Shown here: piece after piece, positions 1-9,133 of the stretch
Layout: each line of letters opens with the position of its first letter
Position numbering within the stretch: the stretch's first letter is position 1
Assembly (NCBI GenBank): GCA_963755025.1
Contig: CAVWIH010000036.1
Span: forward strand, 19,956-83,955
DNA: 64,000 bases
Direction: 5' to 3'
Source of the DNA: an uncultured Actinomycetes bacterium
GTDB lineage: Bacteria; Actinomycetota; Thermoleophilia; UBA2241
Notes under the pieces: model-generated
Told to the model about the DNA's origin: nothing
The model's input: the letters and a program-made list of their open reading frames with translations, nothing else
The model's database searches: none
Translations under genes and position numbers: made by a program

Positions 1-10
1 TTGATGCCAT
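1..10 (-). CDS. 5' end of a gene running off the window edge (product unknown)
   Basis: ATG at 10-8 preceded by AGGAGGT Shine-Dalgarno (plus-strand acctcct, 18-24). Confidence 0.5.
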
Positions 11-107
11 GCGCTCAACCTCCTATCGCCAAGACCGGTGATGGACGGGAACTCGATTGGTGGAACTGGCGCCGTCCGCGCCGCAAGCGTGTGCTACGTC
101 GTGCGCC

Positions 108-1055
108 TCAGCCGGACGTCAGCCGGTAACGCTTGACCTTGCTCTTGCCGTCGAGCTCGACGACGACGCCGGACAGCAGCCCCTCGACGTAGGAGCTCCC
201 CGGGTTGACCGCGAGCGTGCGCCCCAGACGCACCGCCGCGCGGCTCTCGTGGATGTGACCGTGCAGGGAAAGCAGCGGTTGGACCTCTTCGATCACCTCC
301 CTGACGGCCTTGGAGCCCACGTGAGCGGTGTCCTGCCCCTGGACCGTGAGGGTCTCCCAGTCGATCTTGGGGGCGACGTCGAGTGAGGTGTCGTAGGGCG
401 GTGCGTGCAGGCCGAGCACCAGGTGGTCGGGCGCCGCGGTGGCCTGGGCGACGATGGCCTCGATGCGCTTGCGCAGGAGGGGCTCGTCTTCTTCGCGTGG
501 GGTGTCCCACGGCGTGAGGTTGGTCCAGCCGCTCGAGACGAGCTGGTAGCCGCCGGGCATGTCGACGACGTTGCCCTCGCCCACGATGATCTCTTTGGAG
601 GTGGCGAGGATCTCGTCGATGTCGGCCTGGTCGTCGTTGCCGGGACAGACGATGCAGCGGATGCCGCTGCCGGCAAGGCGCTCGTCGGCCCAGGCGACCC
701 ACTGCTCGAGGGTGCGGCGCATCTCGCGCACGAACACGTCGTCGAGCTTTTCGGGAGTCGCGGTGTAGTCCTGGATCTCTTCGCGCGTCATGGGCACGGG
801 GTAGTAGCCGTGGTCCCGGATGAGGCGCTCGGCGGTGGCGAGCTCTTCTTTGCCGTCGATCTTGTGAGAGATGTCCTGCATCTGGAACTGCCAGGTGCGG
901 TCGCCGGTCTCGACGATCGGGATGATCGCCTTGCCGGTCATGTCGCCGCCCAGGATGAGGACGTCGACTTCGTAGTGCTTGGCCGAGTTTATGAACTTAC
1001 GCCAACAGACCTCGGACCCGTGTACGTCGGTGGCGAAGAAGAGTCGTACCTTCAC
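108..1055 (-). CDS. Icc-related calcineurin-like metallophosphoesterase
   Basis: Motifs DVHGS, GGDMTG, PGNDD, HAPP, LHGHIHE; GTG start at 1055 with AGGAGGT RBS at 1067-1061. Confidence 0.88.
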   Translation of the reverse strand: MKVRLFFATDVHGSEVCWRKFINSAKHYEVDVLILGGDMTGKAIIPIVETGDRTWQFQMQDISHKIDGKEELATAERLIRDHGYYPVPMTREEIQDYTATPEKLDDVFVREMRRTLEQWVAWADERLAGSGIRCIVCPGNDDQADIDEILATSKEIIVGEGNVVDMPGGYQLVSSGWTNLTPWDTPREEDEPLLRKRIEAIVAQATAAPDHLVLGLHAPPYDTSLDVAPKIDWETLTVQGQDTAHVGSKAVREVIEEVQPLLSLHGHIHESRAAVRLGRTLAVNPGSSYVEGLLSGVVVELDGKSKVKRYRLTSG

Positions 1056-1394
1056 CGAGCACCTCCTTCGTCCCTCGTGGTGTCCGCGTTCATCTGTCCA
1101 CCCGCTCCTTTCGTGCCACACGTCGGGAAAGGACAGCGACCCCGCAGCCGCTCCCCGATGTCTAGCTTAATCCCTGACGAATTGGTTGCCCAGTCTCGGA
1201 TTCGCACCGGCGGCCCGCCGCGCCGGCTGGGCGCGGCGTTGGTGCGCAACGCTTGCTCTGGCACGGACCGGTTCACGCGCCGTTCGCAAGGGGGGCGCCC
1301 CATGCGCTGGGGACGAGCAGCGGACGTACGTAGCACGTCGTCTGCGGCGCCCAGGGCGCTGGAGTCATTGCGAGCACGACACCCCCCATGCTGC

Positions 1395-1453
1395 CTGTTC
1401 GCGAAATCGAACAGAATCGAAAACGATCATAGGCTCAAGCCACACGCCGTCAA
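1395..1453 (-). promoter_or_regulatory. Sigma70-type promoter (TTGACG-16-TATGAT) with downstream palindromic operator candidate
   Basis: -35 at 1453-1448, -10 at 1431-1426; inverted repeat CTGTTCG-N6-CGAACAG at 1395-1414. Confidence 0.6.
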
Positions 1454-1603
1454 GTGCGACTGTGTTGGAGAACGTACGTTATCGGGTGGATGACTGCAAG
1501 CCGCCGAGGCGATCTTGCAAGCCCGATCGAGGTCGCCGGCTGGGTTGCGGCGGCGCAGCCGGCGCGCGGCTGAGGGCGAGCATGCGGCCGCGGCGCTGCT
1601 CCC

Positions 1604-3008
1604 CTAACGCACGGCGGCCAGCGCCGCGGCGAGATCGTCGCCCAGGGCGAGGCGGCCGCCGCAGGCGGCTGAGAGCTCGGTCTCGCTCACGTCGTCGAGG
1701 GTGCGCCCCAGCTCGGCCGGCAGGAACGGTGCGCGGCGCGAGCAGCCACTCACCCGTCGGCGAGCGGCCGCTCGCGCAGGGCGGCGAGCACCTCGCGGCC
1801 GCCCAGCAACCCGGTCACCGTGACGCGCGGGCCGAACAGCGCGTTGTCGACGACGAACGGCCGCACCGCCGCGCCGGTACGGGCGGTGAGCCGGCGGGCA
1901 GCCTCGGCCAGGACGGGCGCCGACGCCGCGCCGCCGAGCAGGGCCAGCGGCGGGCTCGTGGGGGCGATCGTCGAGGTCGTCGGCCTCGGCCAGCAGCGCG
2001 GCGCAGATGCCGATGCCGTTCTCGTACTGGGCGGGGGCGTCGCCGGCGGGCGGCAGGGCGCCCGTCGCCAGGTAGAGCTCGTCGGCGGCGTGCACGAAGC
2101 GCCGCCCCACGGCGGCCTCGGCGGCGGCCTGCGCGTCGGCCACCAGGGCGAGCACCGCCGCGGCGTCGGTCGGCGTGACACGCCGCAGGTCGCCGCCGGC
2201 GTGCGCCAGCGAGACCGGCACGACGCCCACGTCGACCACCCCGCCGCGCGCCCCGCCGCCGGCGGGGTCGGTCTGGGACGCGTTCGCCGCTGGCGCGCTC
2301 TGAGTCGTCGGTATCGTCCTCGGTATCGTCGTCGGGCGCGCTGGCGAGACCCAGCAGCTCGGTGACCGTCTCGCGCAGCACGGCGCCGTCGTTGATGCCG
2401 GGACACAGGACGACCTGCACGTGCATCTCGACGCCGTGGGCGGCCAGCCAGGCAAGGCGCTCGCGCGCGACGCGCGACGACGGCCCCATGAGGCGGGCGC
2501 GTACGTCGTCGTCCCAGGCGTGCAGCGAGACGAAGAGCGGCGACAGCCGCAGGGCCGCGATGCGCTCGAGGTCGTGCTCGTCGACGTTGGTGAGCGTCAC
2601 GAACGTGCCCTGCAGGAACGAGAGGCGGTAGTCGTCGTCGCGTAGGGCGAGCGAAGGCCGCAGGCCTGGGGGAAGCTGGTTCACAAAGCAGAACGAGCAG
2701 TCGTTGGCGCAGCGCCGGATGGGCACGCCCAGACCGTCGCGCAGAGCGATGCCGTGGTCTTCCCCACGCCGCGGCGTGACGCGCACCGTGAGCGGCCGCC
2801 CGGCGCGCTCCAGCGTGAGCTCGAAACGCCCGTCGGCGGCGGCCAGGGTGAGATCGAGCACGTCTTCGGGCGGCCGCCCGTCGATCGCCACGATCAGGTC
2901 GCCGGGGCGCACGCCGGCGCGCGCCGCGGCGGCGGCGACCTCGTCGACGACGAGGCCGCGGCCGGGCCGGCGGGCCGCCCTTCACGCGCGCCTGCCGCCG
3001 CGGCTCAT
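1604..3008 (-). CDS. PDZ + DUF512 radical-SAM-like Fe-S oxidoreductase (TIGR03279-like), split by apparent indels
   Basis: PDZ-like N-terminus, CANDCSFCF, RDDDYRLSFLQGTFVTLTN, PGINDG in one frame; HAADELYL..QYENGIG in another; ATG at 3008 overlaps the ispH stop. Confidence 0.82.
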
Positions 3009-3890
3009 GGCTCGAGCAGCTCGTCGACGCGCAGGGCCACGGCGTCGATCTCGTCGACCGGCGTCGAGGCCCCCGCGGTCACCCCCACGCGCCGCGCCCC
3101 GGCGAACCACGCCTTCTTGAGCTCGGCGGCCGTCTCGACGTGCCTGGTGCGCGGCTGGATGCCCCTGCACAGGCCGGCGAGCCGCGTGGTGTTGGCGCTG
3201 TTGCGTCCCCCGACCACGATCACCACGTCGACGCCGGCGGCGAGCTCCTGCGCGGCGGCCTGGCGGTTGCCGGTGGCGTCGCAGATGGTGTTGAAGATGA
3301 GCGTCTCGCGGGTCACCGGGGCGAGCCGCGCCGCCAGGCGCGCCAGGTTGTCGCGCGTCTGCGTGGTCTGCACGACCACGCCGACGCGCTGTCCGGTGAG
3401 GTCGTCGAGCGACAGCTCGTCGGCGTCTTCGACGACCACCGCCGTCGGGCCGGCCCAGCGCGACGAGGCCGACGACCTCGGGGTGGTCGCGCTCGCCCAG
3501 GATCACCGGCGTGTACCCCTGGCGGCGCAGCCTGTCGGCCTTGAGGTGGGCGACGGTCACGAACGGGCAGGTGGCGTCGATCACCTTGAGGCCGCGCGCC
3601 TCGGCGGCGGCGATGACCTCGGGGTCGACGCCGTGCGTGCGCACGATGACCGTGCCGCGCTCGGCCTGCGCCAGGTCGTCGATCGCCGCGATGCCCTGCT
3701 CTGAGAGGCGCGCGACGACCGCGGGGTTGTGGATCAGCGGCCCCAGCGTGTAGATCGGCTGGGCGAGCTCCACGCCCGCGTCTTCGGCCATGCGCAGGGC
3801 GCGCTCGACGCCGAAGCAGTAGCCCGCGTACGGCGAGACGACGACCCGGGGGCGCTCGTCGCCGTCCTGGTTGTCCTCAGAGAGACTCAT
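3005..3890 (-). CDS. ispH: 4-hydroxy-3-methylbut-2-enyl diphosphate reductase (frameshift near 3460)
   Basis: AGYCFGVERA, LIHN, DATCPFV, HPEV then QTT, TICDAT, SANT, GVTAGASTP in a second frame. Confidence 0.93.
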
Positions 3891-4513
3891 AGAGCTGCCG
3901 CGACGGCCCCTCGGGTGCGTTGTGCGGCCTGGGCGTACATGACGCTCTTCTTTCCCTCGAGGCCCGAAAGGTCAACGGCCGGCCCCACCTTGACGCGCAC
4001 CACCGGCAGGCCGGGACGGCCGTCGTGCACGACCTGGCCGCTGCCCTTGATGGCGACCGGGATCACCGGCGCGCCGCTGCGCGCGGCCAGCATGCCGACA
4101 CCCGGCAGGAACTCGTGCACGGCGTCGTCGCGCTTGCGATGGCCTTCGGGGTAGATGATGAGGGCCTCGCCGCGGGCCAGTGCGGCCAGGGCCGACTCGA
4201 GCGCCGAGCGGTCGCTCTCGCCGCGCCCCACGCGGATCGCGCCGAGCTCGGTGATCGCCCAGGCCAGCGCGCTGTTGCCGAACAGCTCGGCTTTGGCGAA
4301 GTAGCGCACCGGGCGCGCGAAGGCGTGGCCGACGAAGAACGGGTCGAGGCTGCTCTTGTGGTTCGAGGCGATGATGGCGGCGCCGGTAGCCGGCAGGTTC
4401 TCGGCGCCCTCGCAGGTCAGCCGGTAGGTCGCGCAGAGCGTGGCGACCGACAGGAGCCGCACGGTGCGGTAGAACCAGCGGTCGCCGGGCGCGTAGAGCG
4501 GTACGTTCTTCAC
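3887..4513 (-). CDS. plsC: 1-acyl-sn-glycerol-3-phosphate (lysophospholipid) acyltransferase
   Basis: NHKSSLD (HxxxxD), FAKAELF, YPEG motifs; cmk-plsC-ispH order. Confidence 0.88.
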   Translation of the reverse strand: MKNVPLYAPGDRWFYRTVRLLSVATLCATYRLTCEGAENLPATGAAIIASNHKSSLDPFFVGHAFARPVRYFAKAELFGNSALAWAITELGAIRVGRGESDRSALESALAALARGEALIIYPEGHRKRDDAVHEFLPGVGMLAARSGAPVIPVAIKGSGQVVHDGRPGLPVVRVKVGPAVDLSGLEGKKSVMYAQAAQRTRGAVAAAL

Positions 4514-5174
4514 CGCGTGGCGCCGAGCCGGGCCGCCACGAGGCGGCGCGCCGCTTCGACGACCTGTTCGACGTCGAGCCCCGAGGTGTCGAGCTCGACC
4601 GCGTCGTCGGCGCGGCGCAGCGGCGCCACGGCGCGCTGCGAGTCGTAGGCGTCGCGGGCGACGATGGCGGCCAGGGTCTCGTCGGCGCCCACGTGCTCGC
4701 CGCCGGCGATCAGCTCGCGGCGGCGGCGCTCGGCGCGGATCTCGGGCGAGGCCGTCAGGAAGAGCTTCACGGGCGCCCCGGAAAGACGACCGTGCCGATG
4801 TCGCGACCCTCGATCACGACGTCCTGATCGGCGCCTATGCGGCGCTGCTCGTCGAGCAGGACGTCGCGCACCTCGGCGTGCGCCGAGACCTCGGAGACCG
4901 CGGCCGAGACCACCGGCCGCCTGATCTCCTCGCTCACGTCGCGCTCGGCGGCGACGATGCGGCCGTCGGGCGTGAACGAGATGCGCGCCTCGCGCGCGAG
5001 CGCGGCCAGCGAGGCGCCGTCGTCGGTGGCGACGCCCTCGTGCAGCGCCAGGTAGGCGACCGCCCGGTACATGGCCCCGGTGTCCAGGTAGGCGAAGCCG
5101 AGCTTCGCGGCCAGCAGCTTGGCGAGCGTGCTCTTGCCCGAACCGGCCGGGCCGTCGATGGCGATCACCGTCAT
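4510..5174 (-). CDS. cmk: Cytidylate kinase (frameshift near 4775)
   Basis: MTVIAIDGPAGSGKST, YLDTGAMYR, EGRDIGTVVFP, then KLFLTASPEIRAERR..RDAYDSQR. Confidence 0.93.
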
Positions 5175-6472
5175 GAGGTCAGCACCTCCGCGAGGACGTC
5201 GGTGAAGTGGGGAAAGGACACCGCGGCGGCGCCGAAGCCGCTCACGGTCACGCCGTCGGGGCACACCAGGCCGGCGACGGCGCCGAGCAGGGCCAGGCGA
5301 TGGTCGCCGCGGCTGGCGAGCGCCCCGCCGCGCAGCGCGCGGCCGCCGATCGCCAGGGCGTCGCCCTGCAGTTCGGCGACGCCGCCCAGGGCCGTCACGA
5401 TCTCGACGATGGCCGCCAGGCGGTCGCTCTCTTTGGCGCGCAGCTCGGCGACCCCTTCGATGACCGTCTCGCCCTCGGCGTGACAGGACAGCAGCGCGAG
5501 CAGGGTGACCTCGTCGATCAGCGCGGGGACCGCCGCCGCGGGCACAGTGACGCCGCGCAGGGCCGAGGCCCGCACCTCGAGGTCGCCGCGCGGTTCGCCG
5601 CCGTCGGTGTCGGTCACAGTCCAGGCGACCGCGCCGCCCATGCGGCGCGCCGCCTCGCAGAAGCCCAGCCGGGTCGGGTTGAGCCCGACGCCGCAGATGC
5701 GCAGGTGCGAGCCCGGCACGAGCAGGGCGGCCGCCACCAGGAACGAGGCCGACGAGAGGTCGCCCGGCACGACGACCCGGTCGAGCGCCAGGCGCTCGGC
5801 GCCGCACACGCCCACCTCGGCGCCGTCGCGGCGCAGCGTCGCGCCGGCCGCCGCCAGCAGGCGCTCGGTGTGGTCGCGGCTGGGAGCGGGCTCGACGACG
5901 ACGGTCTCGCCGTCGGCCAGCAGGCCGGCGAGCAGCACGCACGACTTGACCTGGGCGCTGGCCACCGGCGACTCGTAGCGGATCGCGCGCAGCTCGCCGC
6001 CGTCGATCGTGAGCGGAGCGTAGCCCCCGTCGCGCGCCGCGATGCGCGCGCCCATGGCGCGCAGCGGCGCGACCACCCGCGCCATGGGCCGGGCGCGCAG
6101 CGAGGCGTCGCCGTCGAGCACGAACCTGCCGCGCTGGCCGGCCAGCAGGCCCGCCAGCAGGCGCATGCCGGTACCCGAGTTGACGGCGTCGAGCGGGGCC
6201 GCGGGCGGGCGCAGGCCGCGCAGGCCGGCGCCGCGCACCACCGCGCGCGGGGCGCGCTCGCCGAGGCCGTCGACGGCGACGCCCAGGGCGCTGACCATGC
6301 CGGCGGTCGCCAGCGGGTCGCCGGCCCACACGGGGTCGACGATCTCGAGCGGGCCGTCGCAGACGGCGCCGACCAGCAGGGCGCGTTGCATGATGGACTT
6401 GTCGCCGGGCACGCGCACGCTGCCGCGCAGCGGACCCGACGGGCGAAAGGTGATCGTGTCGGCGGCGCTCAC
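5171..6472 (-). CDS. aroA: 3-phosphoshikimate 1-carboxyvinyltransferase
   Basis: PGDKS, NSGTGMRL, LRARPM, SAQVKS, RDHTER, KESDR, GDHR motifs. Confidence 0.95.
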   Translation of the reverse strand: MSAADTITFRPSGPLRGSVRVPGDKSIMQRALLVGAVCDGPLEIVDPVWAGDPLATAGMVSALGVAVDGLGERAPRAVVRGAGLRGLRPPAAPLDAVNSGTGMRLLAGLLAGQRGRFVLDGDASLRARPMARVVAPLRAMGARIAARDGGYAPLTIDGGELRAIRYESPVASAQVKSCVLLAGLLADGETVVVEPAPSRDHTERLLAAAGATLRRDGAEVGVCGAERLALDRVVVPGDLSSASFLVAAALLVPGSHLRICGVGLNPTRLGFCEAARRMGGAVAWTVTDTDGGEPRGDLEVRASALRGVTVPAAAVPALIDEVTLLALLSCHAEGETVIEGVAELRAKESDRLAAIVEIVTALGGVAELQGDALAIGGRALRGGALASRGDHRLALLGAVAGLVCPDGVTVSGFGAAAVSFPHFTDVLAEVLTS

Positions 6473-6512
6473 TCGAGGCCGCGGCCGGTGGTGATCGTGT
6501 GGGCGGCGGCGC

Positions 6513-7634
6513 TCACTCGACGCCGCGTCCGGTGGTGACCTGGTAGCCGAGCAGGCCGAGCAGCTCGGCCGCCCGCTCGCACACGACGCCGCCGAGCACG
6601 TAGATCGGTCGAGCTCGCCGCCGAGCTCGGCGCTCATGTGGTGCATGGCGAGGTCCTCGATGTTGATGGCGGCGTCGCCCAGGGCCACGGTGATCTGCTG
6701 CAGCACGCCGGGGCGGTCGGGGATCTTCACCATGATGCGGAACAGCTTGTCGGCCGACAGGCTCTCGGCGGCCAGCAGGCGCTCGTGCTGGCGCGCGGCG
6801 CGGCCGACGAGGGCCGTCGAGACGGCCCTCGTCGGCCGCCTCGAGCGCCAGCGTCATCTCGTCGAGGCCCTGGCGATAGGCGCCCAGAGCGGACAGCAGG
6901 GCCTCGCGGTTCTCGAGGAAGATGTCGGCCCAGACGCGGGCGTTGCTGCCGGCGATGCGCGTCATGTCGCGAAAGCTCGGGCCGGCGGCCAGCAGCGGGT
7001 CGCGCGTGCCGTGGCTCTCGCCGGCCTGCGTCATGAGCACGTTGGCCAGCACGTGCGGCAGGTGGCTGACCAGGGCCAGCAGGCGGTCGTGCTCGTGGGG
7101 CTCGACCGCCACCGGGCGGGCGCCGATCTGCACGAGAAAGTCGTAGAGCTTCTCGAAGGCGACCGGCCCCACGTGCGTGCCCGGCGTGAGAAAGTAGGTG
7201 GCGCCCTCGTACAGCGAGGCCCGCGCGTTGCGCACGCCCGCCGTTTCGGAACCACAGAGCGGGTGGCCGCCCACACAGCGGCTCTGCTCGTCGGGGCTGA
7301 GGGCGTCCATGAGCATGGCCTTGGTGCTGCCCACGTCGCTCACCACCGCCCCGGGCGCGGCGGCCGCGTGGGCGCGGCGCACGTGGTCGAGCACCAGGCG
7401 CACCGGCGTGCAGACGAAGACGAGGTCGGCGGCGGCGGCGGCCTCTTCGAGGCTGTCCGCCGCCTCGGTGATGGCGCCCCGCTCGAGAGCGGCGGCGATC
7501 GTGGCGGGGCTGCGACTGTAGCCCACGACGCGCCCCACGCCGGCGAGCTCGCGCGCGGCGAGGCCGAGCGAGCCGCCCATGAGCCCGACCCCGATGACCG
7601 CGACCGAGCGTTCTGCCCCGAGAGGCGTGGCCAC
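6513..7634 (-). CDS. tyrA: Prephenate dehydrogenase with C-terminal ACT domain (compensating indels ~6600-6830)
   Basis: GVGLMGGS, DVGSTK, GGHP, HDRLLALVSHLPH, FRDMTRIA; ACT motif IPDRPGVL in the shifted frame. Confidence 0.9.
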   Translation of the reverse strand: MATPLGAERSVAVIGVGLMGGSLGLAARELAGVGRVVGYSRSPATIAAALERGAITEAADSLEEAAAAADLVFVCTPVRLVLDHVRRAHAAAAPGAVVSDVGSTKAMLMDALSPDEQSRCVGGHPLCGSETAGVRNARASLYEGATYFLTPGTHVGPVAFEKLYDFLVQIGARPVAVEPHEHDRLLALVSHLPHVLANVLMTQAGESHGTRDPLLAAGPSFRDMTRIAGSNARVWADIFLENREALLSALGAYRQGLDEMTLALEAADEGRLDGPRRPRRAPARAPAGRREPVGRQAVPHHGEDPRPPRRAAADHRGPGRRRHQHRGPRHAPHERRARRRARPIYVLGGVVCERAAELLGLLGYQVTTGRGVE

Positions 7635-7639
7635 GACTG

Positions 7640-8656
7640 CTAGGAGACCGTCTTGCCGGTCCAGCGGACCAGCTCGCCGACGCGCGCGGCGTACTCGGCG
7701 AAGGCGACCGGCGACAGCGACTGGGCCCCGTCGCACAGCGCGTGCTCGGGGTTGGGGTGCATCTCGACGATCACGCCGTTGGCCCCGGCGGCGACCGCCG
7801 CCAGCGACAGCGGCAGCACCAGGTCGGGGCGGCCGGTGGCGTGGCTCGGGTCGATCAGCACCGGCAGATGGCAGGCCAGGCGCACGACGGGCACGGCGCT
7901 GATGTCGAGGGTGTTGCGCGTAGCGGTCTCGAAGGTACGGATGCCGCGCTCGCAGAGGATCACCTGGGTGTTGCCCTCTTTGACGATGTACTCGGCGGCC
8001 ATGAGCCACTCCTCGATCGTGGCCGCGAGGCCGCGCTTGAGCAGCACCGGCGCCGGGCAGCGGCCGACTTCGGAGAGGAGCTGGAAGTTCTGCATGTTGC
8101 GCGCCCCGACCTGCACGACGTCGGCGTACTCGAGCAGGTCGTCGAGGTCGCGCGGGTCCATGAGCTCGGTGACGATGGGCAGGCCGGTCTCGTCGCGCGC
8201 GGCGGCCAGCAGCTTGAGGGCTTCGACGCCGAGGCCCTGAAAGGCGTAGGGCGAGGAGCGCGGCTTGAAGGCCCCGCCGCGCAGCATGGAGCCGCCGGCG
8301 GCGGCCACCGCCCGGGCGGCGACCATGACCTGCTCCTCGGTCTCGACGGAGCACGGCCCGGCGATGACGGCGAAGTGGTCGCCGCCCAGCTTGACGCCGC
8401 GCACGTCGACCACGGTGTCGTGGGGGTGGAACTCGCGGCCCACCAGCTTGTAGGGCTTGAGGATGGCGACCACCCTGTCGACCCCGGCGCAGGCTTCGAG
8501 CGGCACGCCGGCCAGCTCTTCGCGGTCGCCGATGGCGCCGATCACGGCCACGCGCTCGCCGACCGAGATGTGGGCGCTGGCGCCGACCGCTTCGATCCGT
8601 GCGACGACATGGGCGATCTGCTCGTCGGTCGCCCCTTCGTGCATGATGACCATCAT
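7640..8656 (-). CDS. aroF: DAHP synthase (type I-beta, N-terminal regulatory domain)
   Basis: IAGPCSVE, GGAFKPRSSPY, QVGARNMQN, LLKRG, CERGIRTFE, DPSHATG. Confidence 0.95.
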   Translation of the reverse strand: MMVIMHEGATDEQIAHVVARIEAVGASAHISVGERVAVIGAIGDREELAGVPLEACAGVDRVVAILKPYKLVGREFHPHDTVVDVRGVKLGGDHFAVIAGPCSVETEEQVMVAARAVAAAGGSMLRGGAFKPRSSPYAFQGLGVEALKLLAAARDETGLPIVTELMDPRDLDDLLEYADVVQVGARNMQNFQLLSEVGRCPAPVLLKRGLAATIEEWLMAAEYIVKEGNTQVILCERGIRTFETATRNTLDISAVPVVRLACHLPVLIDPSHATGRPDLVLPLSLAAVAAGANGVIVEMHPNPEHALCDGAQSLSPVAFAEYAARVGELVRWTGKTVS

Positions 8657-8658
8657 GC

Positions 8659-9084
8659 TCAGTGTGGCCTCCCCTGGTCGGCGCGGGGCGAGGCGGCCCC
8701 GGCGTGAGAAGACGGCAAGTCGAGGCGCAGCTCGCGCGCCTCGTGCAGGTAGACGTGATGGCTCGCCGTCTCGGGCCGTCCGTAGCAGTGGATCAGCACG
8801 CGGATGCAGCGCTCGACGGCGCCGTCGACCGGGATCTCCTGGGCGCAGAGCAGCGGCGTGTGGGCCAGGCCGATCGCCCGCGCGGCCGCGGCCGGAAAGT
8901 CGGAGCGCAGGTCGGGCGTGGCCGTGAAGAGGATGCTCACGATGTCGTCGACCGCCAGGGCGTTGCGCTGCAGGAGCTGCTTGAGCAGCTCCTCGGTGCG
9001 CGCCTTGATGTCGCCCTGGGCGTCGGCGTCGACGGTCGTCGCGCCGCGCAGGGCGATCAGCCTTGAACTCTGAGCGTCGGCCAC
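8659..9084 (-). CDS. aroH: AroH-class chorismate mutase
   Basis: ALRGATT, SILFTATPDL, FPAAAAR, CAQEIPV, CIRVLIH, HVYL..A..LR. Confidence 0.92.
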   Translation of the reverse strand: MADAQSSRLIALRGATTVDADAQGDIKARTEELLKQLLQRNALAVDDIVSILFTATPDLRSDFPAAAARAIGLAHTPLLCAQEIPVDGAVERCIRVLIHCYGRPETASHHVYLHEARELRLDLPSSHAGAASPRADQGRPH

Positions 9085-9133
9085 AGCGCCTCCGGTCGCG
9101 CACGTGAAACGGACAGCCAGTATAGCCGATGAG

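Noticed and set aside
4765-4790. Programmed frameshifting in cmk and other split genes
   Set aside because: No consistent slippery heptamer or stimulator; the breaks fall in GC runs across unrelated genes, which fits sequencing error.
9097-9112. parS-like site (cacgtgaaac)
   Set aside because: Only one arm matches the TGTTTCACGTGAAACA consensus; the other arm is absent.
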